DNA of 33,674 nt from Methanobacteriota archaeon (GTDB lineage: Archaea; Thermoplasmatota; Poseidoniia; Poseidoniales; Poseidoniaceae). Made by a program: the position numbers and the translations under genes. This document shows positions 8,448-14,534 of this stretch, in pieces. The notes beneath the pieces are model-generated. The model saw only the letters and a program-made list of their open reading frames with translations, had not been told where the DNA came from and did no database searches. Location: NCBI GenBank assembly GCA_018645535.1, contig JABGWN010000038.1:1-33674 (forward strand), read 5' to 3'. Within the stretch, counting starts at the first letter, position 1. Each line of letters starts with the position of its first letter.

Positions 8448-8915
8448 ATGGGTGAAAAACCAGAAGTCAGTGAATACGGCTCTGTTGACCCTGCTCCCGC
8501 ATCTGATGAATCTGATATGGAACATCTGAAATCAATATTGTTTGATGATTCAGCACGGATGTTCGAGCGTATGCGAGTGGTTTTCAAATTCCGTAATATT
8601 CGAACCTCCGATTCATGCCTCGCCCTTTGCAAGGCCTTTTCCTCCAAGAGCGCATTACTAAGGCATGAGTTAGCCTATGTTTTGGGTCAGATGCAGATGG
8701 ATGAAGCACTTCCTTCACTTATCGAGCGACTATCAGATGTTGATGAGCATGTAATGGTACGACACGAAGCAGCAGAAGCGCTTGGTGCAATAGGAAATCT
8801 ATCTGCTCAACCTATATTGGAAAGTTTTCTATCAGATCCATTTGTAGAAGTCAGTGAGTCTTGTGAAGTTGCTCTTGACCTATTGGATTGGGTCGCAAAA
8901 AGTTCCACTCCTTGA
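8448..8915 (+). CDS. HEAT-repeat protein resembling one half of eukaryotic deoxyhypusine hydroxylase (DOHH/Lia1), with both His-Glu metal-ligand motifs
   Basis: 155 aa, ATG preceded by agggtg. SALLRHELAYVLGQMQ (His-Glu at 8664-8669) and VMVRHEAAEALGAIG (His-Glu at 8763-8768), plus SDPFVEVSESCEVALDLLDW, closely match remembered human/yeast DOHH blocks (SALLKHELAYCLGQMQ; PMVRHEAGEALGAIG; DPVIEVAETCQLA / VVRESCEVALDM). The N-terminal YGSVDPAP....LF.......FER.R..F.FRN matches the inter-lobe linker and start of the second DOHH lobe (YLSVDPAPP...LFERYRAMFALRN). Confidence 0.65.
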   Translation: MGEKPEVSEYGSVDPAPASDESDMEHLKSILFDDSARMFERMRVVFKFRNIRTSDSCLALCKAFSSKSALLRHELAYVLGQMQMDEALPSLIERLSDVDEHVMVRHEAAEALGAIGNLSAQPILESFLSDPFVEVSESCEVALDLLDWVAKSSTP

Positions 8916-8972
8916 TAATGATTCAATCACGACATTTTAGAACCTTGACCTTCAGGAGCAAATGGTGAGGAG

Positions 8973-9179
8973 ATGCCACACGAACACGTACAATTAGCTC
9001 AAGCCCCTAATGGTGAGATTGGCCCACGATGTCATGATTGTGGATTACGATTGACTTTTGGCTCATCCATGGTTCTTAATGAGCACTACTATTGTTGGGA
9101 TCATTACGTCGTAAAGACAGGTGCCGATTCTGTTACAGAAGTAAGCACTATGGAACAGAAATTTTACATCAAAAAATAA
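8973..9179 (+). CDS. Small (68 aa) putative zinc-binding protein, unknown function
   Basis: Strong ribosome-binding site (ggtgaggag immediately before the ATG). C-x2-C (CHDCG) ... C-x2-H (YYCWDH) spacing is compatible with one zinc knuckle or ribbon. Lies 40 nt upstream of priS on the same strand. No family recognised. Confidence 0.45.
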   Translation: MPHEHVQLAQAPNGEIGPRCHDCGLRLTFGSSMVLNEHYYCWDHYVVKTGADSVTEVSTMEQKFYIKK

Positions 9180-9219
9180 ATTGGGTTTCGTTCAATAACT
9201 GTCACCTCCTAGTGTCATT

Positions 9220-10419
9220 ATGGCATCACAAGGATGGGCTCGATTTGCGCATCGCTTTGGCCGTTATTATCAAACATCCCAGTTCTGGCGTCCTCCACGG
9301 ATGACCATGCGGGAATGGATGTTCATCCCGTTTGGTGGCGCACCACCTCTAAGACATCGAGCATTCAGAGGGGAAAATGATCTCCGCCAATTTCTCTCCG
9401 AGAGAGCAATGCATTCTTGTTTCTATTCAACTGCTTACTGGAATAAGCCATATGAAATGAAAATGGATGCAAAGGAATGGCAAGGTGCTGATTTAATTTT
9501 TGATTTAGATGGAGATCACCTGCCTGGTGTCACCGACAGAGATTTCCCCGGAATGCTCGATGTAATACGCGACCAAGCCCATGCTCTTTGGAATGATTTT
9601 TTAGAACCTGAATTTGGCTTCAAAAGAGAATTTTTACAAGTCACGTTTTCTGGACATCGAGGGTTTCACCTCCATTATAGAGATCCTTCGCTCTTTCATT
9701 TGGATTCAGAAGCGAGGAGAGAACTCGTTTCGCACATTCGAGGTGAAGGAGTTGATGTATCTGGAGGTCTTGCTCAATATAATGATGTGAATTCTAAAGG
9801 TTGGTCGAAGAGAATTCGTGGCCAAATCCCTACACTGATCGGGAAATTGACCGATATTGCAACAAATGCCGAAGATTCTAAGAGCACACTCAAGACGTTA
9901 CATCTCGAACTTAAAGAACAACTTCGGAGAGAGGGGAAACCCGGACGTGGAATCGCCTCCATTCAAAAATTAGCAGATTTGTTCGTTCATGAGGAACGAC
10001 TGCAACGAGTGCTTGATGGAAAATTTGCTGCGCTTGGGAAGTTGCAAGGATTATTCCTAGATTTGGTTAAATCCGATGCTTCAATCGTTTTAGGGGCTGC
10101 TGGGGAAACTGATGAAGTTGTGACTATAGATGTCCGCAGACAAATCCGATGGCCAACGTCTCTGCATGGGAAAACAGGAATGCGAGTAACAGAATTCGAG
10201 TTAGAACGACTTGATCCTGATCGTTCTAACCCTTTCGATGCACTGAATGAAGCCTTTGTTTTCGGTATGGATAAAAATCTCAAAGTCGAAATTACCGTAG
10301 AAGACGCAATTGTTCGATTTGGAGACAATACACATGAAGTAAAACAAGGAGATGTCATCGATGTGTCTGAATCATCTGCAACTTTTTTGTGTCTAAAAGG
10401 CTGGGGCTCCCTAGTTTAG
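9220..10419 (+). CDS. priS: DNA primase small (catalytic) subunit PriS
   Basis: 399 aa with archaeo-eukaryotic primase motifs: ADLIFDLDGDH (catalytic DxD), SGHRGFHLHY (motif II), and an N-terminal ..YY....REW.F.PFG....RH.AF....L..FL......FYS.AYW block. Confidence 0.85.
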   Translation: MASQGWARFAHRFGRYYQTSQFWRPPRMTMREWMFIPFGGAPPLRHRAFRGENDLRQFLSERAMHSCFYSTAYWNKPYEMKMDAKEWQGADLIFDLDGDHLPGVTDRDFPGMLDVIRDQAHALWNDFLEPEFGFKREFLQVTFSGHRGFHLHYRDPSLFHLDSEARRELVSHIRGEGVDVSGGLAQYNDVNSKGWSKRIRGQIPTLIGKLTDIATNAEDSKSTLKTLHLELKEQLRREGKPGRGIASIQKLADLFVHEERLQRVLDGKFAALGKLQGLFLDLVKSDASIVLGAAGETDEVVTIDVRRQIRWPTSLHGKTGMRVTEFELERLDPDRSNPFDALNEAFVFGMDKNLKVEITVEDAIVRFGDNTHEVKQGDVIDVSESSATFLCLKGWGSLV

Positions 10420-10508
10420 ATTCATGGTCGAAATCTATAATTTTCCTTGTCTTATTTGTGGGAAGGTTCAAGGGCAGCATCATCTCCAAGACATTTAGAG
10501 GTGAGCCG

Positions 10509-11540
10509 ATGCGCCGGAAGAAAAAGAACAAATCACAAAATGTTCCCGCAACCCCGTTGCCTCCAATGCCTGGAATGCCCTTACCACCACTTGCTGGTCA
10601 ACACCCCATGCCTGGCATGCCATTACCTCCATTACAACCGGCTCCTGGAGACTTGCCCTCGGCTCCTTTGCCAGTGGCTCCACCACTTCCAGCGGTACCA
10701 ACGGTGAATGCTCCAGCCACCCCACCAGCACAAGTCACTCCACCAGCACAAGTCACTCCACCTGCTCCATTGCCACAGGCAGCACCTGCTAAAGATTCGA
10801 ATGAATATGGAGACTTATGGGCCAAACGCTCTGCTAAGCCACTTCCTCAAATCTATGGAGCTATTGACAGACTTGGCTCCGGCGAGGCAGGTTCTCTCCT
10901 TGACCGATACTCCGATCGTTTTGGCCACTCGTTGGACAGGGACATCATCGTTTTGAGGAAAAAAGAACGAGAAGATGCTCTAAATGAAATTCGTTCGGAA
11001 CCTGTTGTAGAATTACTTGACGTCGAAGAACCTGACCGTCTTGAGGAAGTAGAAACTGAACTTCGTTCTCTCAAACCGCAGTATGAAGCCGCCAAAGCTT
11101 CCCAAGATAAAGCGGCTCTCAAAACTCTTGTACCTCAACTTGAATCATTAATGCGTGAGAGAAAAGAACTCAAAGGTATTGTATCAGCTCCTAAACCTAA
11201 GAAAGTTACAGTAGTTGAGGTAAATGAAGAATCCGAAGACTCGGAAGAACCTGAAATGGATGATTCAGATGAACTTTTCACTCAATTCTTTACAATCGTA
11301 AATGATCTTCTTGGAGATGAACTTCCAGAAAAGGCAATTGAATCGTTTATGGCTTCTGATGGATTTGAATTATTCAAAGAAGTTGGGGCCGATCCAGCAG
11401 CCATCGATGATGAACGTCGGGGAGAATTTTTCAAAATTATCGATGAGCAATTGGGTAACATGCCAGATGAATCGATAACAGCATTTGTGGATTCAGGTGA
11501 TTTTGCATTGTACAAGCAAATCTCGGAAATGTACGCGTAA
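10509..11540 (+). CDS. Hypothetical protein with a basic N-terminus, about 95-aa polyproline region, coiled coil, acidic linker and a duplicated C-terminal motif
   Basis: The track ORF starts at GTG 10389 and overlaps priS by 31 nt. The ATG at 10509 is preceded by gaggtga and is the more likely start. No Cys and no TM helix. Contains MPGMPLPPL twice, TPPAQV twice, a heptad-like charged segment (EEVETELRSLKPQYEAAKASQDKAALKTLVPQLESLMRERKELK), and two copies of FF.I..(D/E).LG..(L/M)P(E/D)..I..F..S..F.L(F/Y)K at 11286-11384 and 11427-11522. Confidence 0.6.
   Translation: MRRKKKNKSQNVPATPLPPMPGMPLPPLAGQHPMPGMPLPPLQPAPGDLPSAPLPVAPPLPAVPTVNAPATPPAQVTPPAQVTPPAPLPQAAPAKDSNEYGDLWAKRSAKPLPQIYGAIDRLGSGEAGSLLDRYSDRFGHSLDRDIIVLRKKEREDALNEIRSEPVVELLDVEEPDRLEEVETELRSLKPQYEAAKASQDKAALKTLVPQLESLMRERKELKGIVSAPKPKKVTVVEVNEESEDSEEPEMDDSDELFTQFFTIVNDLLGDELPEKAIESFMASDGFELFKEVGADPAAIDDERRGEFFKIIDEQLGNMPDESITAFVDSGDFALYKQISEMYA
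10722..10766 (+). repeat. Direct tandem repeat, 18-nt unit ccaccagcacaagtcact x2 plus a partial third copy
   Basis: 10722-10739 and 10740-10757 are identical. 10758-10766 (ccacctgct) is a diverged partial copy. In frame this encodes PPAQVT-PPAQVT-PPA inside the proline-rich region. Confidence 0.9.
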
Positions 11541-11553
11541 GTGAAGTGATAAA

Positions 11554-12387
11554 ATGGGATTACTCGATAAGGTCGAAACGAAAGATGAAGTTGTCAAAAA
11601 GGCAAAACCTGTTGCAAAGGCAGCAAAAGCGGTAAAAGCAGCACCAAAGAAAGCTACACAAGTTGCTAAGAAGGCAAAGAAAGAATCGAAAATCAAGGTC
11701 AAGAAGGCTCGTCCAGAAGGCCTTTCTTCTGATTTTGAAATCGCATCAAGTTTGAACCGGGTAATATCCTGGTGGGTTAATTTCACAGTGAATTTCTCAC
11801 TTCTAATCGGCGCTCTGGTCATGTCTGTAGCGACTGGTGGTGCAAGCGGAGGTTTTGCAAACACACTCCTATTCGCAGGTGCAGGTTTGATTTTCATCTT
11901 TAACGGCATTGTATTGCCAATATGGACCGGGCGTAATCTCGGCCAATACACATCATCTACGAGATACATACGTGGCGATGGATCAAAACCACTATTCCTC
12001 CACGGATTGTTTGTCAACAATATTGGCGTATCGTCTTTGATTGGATTCATTATGGTATTCACGCAGGCTGGAAAGTTTGCAGAAGGCACTACACCAATTG
12101 TACTGACATCCATTGGAGCACTCTTGATGATTCTATGGATTGTAAACTGGCAATTCTCACGCAACAGTGATTTGCGCCAAGGCCTATTCGATTTAATCTT
12201 CGGAGCATATCTCGTACGATATATTTCCGAAGGAGGAGAAACTTCTGGTTTCCGTGCCCGTCTTGAAAGTATGAGTCAATTTGGTGAGAAGTATGCTCAG
12301 CGTGTTGAAGACAAGAAGAAGGCAAAATCAGCAGCATCAGAAGAAAAGAATGATGAAGAGAAAACTGATTCTGAATCAGAAGATTGA
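11554..12387 (+). CDS. RDD-family-like membrane protein with a histone-H1-like Lys/Ala/Pro-rich N-terminal tail
   Basis: 277 aa. N-terminal tail VKKAKPVAKAAKAVKAAPKKATQVAKKAKKESKIKVKKARP (about 11590-11715), then 3-4 TM helices with RDD-like landmarks (NRVISWWVNF; GRNLGQYTSSTRYIRGDG; RQGLFDLIFGAYLVR), then a Lys/Glu/Ser-rich C-terminus. The RDD assignment is from memory of the family pattern. Confidence 0.6.
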   Translation: MGLLDKVETKDEVVKKAKPVAKAAKAVKAAPKKATQVAKKAKKESKIKVKKARPEGLSSDFEIASSLNRVISWWVNFTVNFSLLIGALVMSVATGGASGGFANTLLFAGAGLIFIFNGIVLPIWTGRNLGQYTSSTRYIRGDGSKPLFLHGLFVNNIGVSSLIGFIMVFTQAGKFAEGTTPIVLTSIGALLMILWIVNWQFSRNSDLRQGLFDLIFGAYLVRYISEGGETSGFRARLESMSQFGEKYAQRVEDKKKAKSAASEEKNDEEKTDSESED

Positions 12388-12414
12388 TTCCATTCACTTT
12401 ACCTCCGATTGATT

Positions 12415-13392
12415 ATGTCCATCAAACGGTTTAGGCCATTTGTTCTCCACCTCTGTATGTGGGTTTCCCTTTTTACATTCAGTCTCTTTATTCCTATTAA
12501 TGCTGCATTGATCTGGATTTGTCTTATTCCAGTTATAATCATTGATTTATGGTTGAGTTTCACACTTGGCCTGATGTTTATATTGCCAATTCAAAGGAAG
12601 ACTCCAGACATTCCAGACCATTTAATATTTGAAGAACAAGATATTGATGGTTACCCAGTACGCTGGCTAAGAACTCCTATGGATAATGGTAAACCCCTAG
12701 CTATACTTATTCATGGTTGGAACTCAAGATCCTTGAATATGGAAGGCCGTTCGAATATTTACATTGACTCGGGTTACAATGTACTCCTCTTTGAAATGAG
12801 GGCGCACGGTGGGAATAAACCGGTCGATCACTGGGCTGCTATGCATGTATGCCATGATTTTGAAAAAGTAATGGAATTGTATTCAGATAACGGTTGGCTG
12901 GAGAATGGTTTCATTGTACACGGACATAGTATGGGTGGTTTCATTGCCCAACGAGGGTTGCGAGTCGAATTAGAAACCTCAAGTAATCTTAAGGGAGTCA
13001 TTCTTGAATCTCCCGTCACCTCATATTCATTGATTAACAATAGAACATGTGAGGTATTGCGGATACCGGAAGTATTGCATCCATGGATGATGAAAAGACT
13101 GCTCCGTCACTATAATTCTATGAATGATTCTGTATACCATATCAAAGATATAGAGTTCTTAGAATCACCTAATTGGGGGCTTCCAGATGCTCCTACGCTC
13201 CTGATACAGGCTAAATTCGATAAAACGCTGGGACAAAAACATTGGAAACATTTAGTAGATGTACATTCCAGGTGTGATTCTAACTTCACGTATCACATTG
13301 TTGAAGAACTAAAACATAGCCAAGAGCGTACCAATAAAGAAAGAGATCAATTAATTCTAGACTGGATGGACGAGGAATCACTCATCTTCTGA
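12415..13392 (+). CDS. Membrane-anchored alpha/beta-fold hydrolase (serine hydrolase)
   Basis: Two N-terminal TM helices. ILIHGWNS oxyanion-region motif, nucleophile elbow GHSMGG, and late Asp/His candidates (AKFDKT, ELKHSQ). The track start at 12409 is TTG; an ATG at 12415 lies 2 codons in. Confidence 0.7.
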   Translation: MSIKRFRPFVLHLCMWVSLFTFSLFIPINAALIWICLIPVIIIDLWLSFTLGLMFILPIQRKTPDIPDHLIFEEQDIDGYPVRWLRTPMDNGKPLAILIHGWNSRSLNMEGRSNIYIDSGYNVLLFEMRAHGGNKPVDHWAAMHVCHDFEKVMELYSDNGWLENGFIVHGHSMGGFIAQRGLRVELETSSNLKGVILESPVTSYSLINNRTCEVLRIPEVLHPWMMKRLLRHYNSMNDSVYHIKDIEFLESPNWGLPDAPTLLIQAKFDKTLGQKHWKHLVDVHSRCDSNFTYHIVEELKHSQERTNKERDQLILDWMDEESLIF

Positions 13393-14415
13393 TGGATTGC
13401 TCGCTTGGACACGAGCCAATTCTCTCATATCATCTACTTCATCTAATTCATCAACAATCTCTTCGCCGAGTAATGTCTCTAGAACATCCTCCATCGTCAG
13501 GATACCGGATGTGCCTCCAAATTCATCTCGGACAACAGCAAATTGCTGTCGTTCTCCAAGGAACATTTCAAGAGCAGAATCTACACTTTGATCGATAGAA
13601 ATAAACTGCACTGGTTTCAAGAATTCCTCGACAATTCTGTCCCATTCATCTCGACTTGCTGCGACAAGGAGTTCAGATCGTATAACCAATCCTTGTACAT
13701 CATCAATTGATTCATTATACACAGGAATACGTGAAAATCGTAGTACTGGATTCTCATCGAGTACCTCTCGTATTGATTTGTCCTTATGGAGAGATGATAC
13801 TACAACGCGTGGCGTCATCACTTCAGTGATTGGAATCTCTCTTAACCTCAATAAATTAAGAATAACAGTTTCTTCATCTTCCATAAGAGCTCCTTCTTCT
13901 TCACCGAGATCTGCTAATGCAGCAAGGTCGTCTCTCGTTACTAATTGGCCATCTGCGCTTGGAAGAATCTTTTTCATCCACTGGATTGGAGCTACAATAA
14001 AAACGAGCAGGGTTGTGATTACAACCAGAGACCTGCCTGTGATTAAAGACAACTGACGCCAATATGCTGTCCCTAGAGTCTTAGGAATAATTTCTGACAA
14101 GAAGAGAACTGCTAATGTAAGTAAGATCGATGCTATTGTAAGGTATTCATTCCCATACACATCTTGTACTTGTGAACCAACACCAGCCGCACCCATGGTG
14201 TGTGCAATGGTATTCAAAGTCAGGATGGCGGTTAGGGGCTTCACTGCGTCGTCAGCTTTCAATTTAGACCATACCACGCCACGCTTGTCTGATTCCTTTT
14301 GCCAAACAGCCACCTGTGTATTTGGAACGGACAGGACAACTGCTTCGAGAATAGAGCATAGAAAGGAGACTCCAATAGCCAAAATTGTATAGAATATTAG
14401 TAATTCAAGGCCCAT
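13378..14415 (-). CDS. CNNM/DUF21 + CBS-pair transporter (HlyC/CorC-type Mg2+/Co2+ efflux family) lacking the CorC_HlyC C-terminal domain
   Basis: N-terminal 4-TM DUF21-like domain with LFLSEIIPKTLG, followed by two CBS-like repeats (EVMTPR...; ..FAVVRDEFGGTSGILTMEDVLE.L.GEI.DE). The ATG at 14415 is preceded by aaggag. The track start at 14472 adds 19 poorly supported residues. Confidence 0.8.
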   Translation of the reverse strand: MGLELLIFYTILAIGVSFLCSILEAVVLSVPNTQVAVWQKESDKRGVVWSKLKADDAVKPLTAILTLNTIAHTMGAAGVGSQVQDVYGNEYLTIASILLTLAVLFLSEIIPKTLGTAYWRQLSLITGRSLVVITTLLVFIVAPIQWMKKILPSADGQLVTRDDLAALADLGEEEGALMEDEETVILNLLRLREIPITEVMTPRVVVSSLHKDKSIREVLDENPVLRFSRIPVYNESIDDVQGLVIRSELLVAASRDEWDRIVEEFLKPVQFISIDQSVDSALEMFLGERQQFAVVRDEFGGTSGILTMEDVLETLLGEEIVDELDEVDDMRELARVQASNPSEDE

Positions 14416-14534
14416 GATGAACGAGTACTCCTTTCCGCAGGTAAACACCCCTAGGAGGACAACGTTATTCAAAATGACGTTCCTTAATCATCCGTAAGGG
14501 TCGAGTTGAAAATGGTTGATTTGTTGGGCAGTGC

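Noticed and set aside
8448-8915. Reading the DOHH-like ORF as a truncated pseudogene fragment of a full-length two-lobe DOHH
   Set aside because: Not fully excluded but disfavoured. The ORF has its own ATG and Shine-Dalgarno-like site, an intact frame and both His-Glu motifs. The upstream 11 nt abut the mqnD stop, so no degraded N-terminal lobe is present. It is therefore kept as a finding rather than called a pseudogene.
10389-10508. GTG-initiated N-terminal extension of the polyproline ORF, overlapping priS by 31 nt
   Set aside because: The extension has no convincing ribosome-binding site. The ATG at 10509 is preceded by gaggtga, so the shorter gene model is preferred.
11493-12164. 223-aa ORF antisense to the RDD-like gene, unusually long for an antisense frame in AT-leaning DNA
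   Set aside because: The sense frame encodes coherent TM helices and RDD-like landmarks, while the antisense product is low-complexity with no motifs. The lack of antisense stops is explained by the scarcity of Tyr/His/Gln codons after T/C-ending codons in the sense gene. Ribo-seq or proteomics would be needed to revive it.
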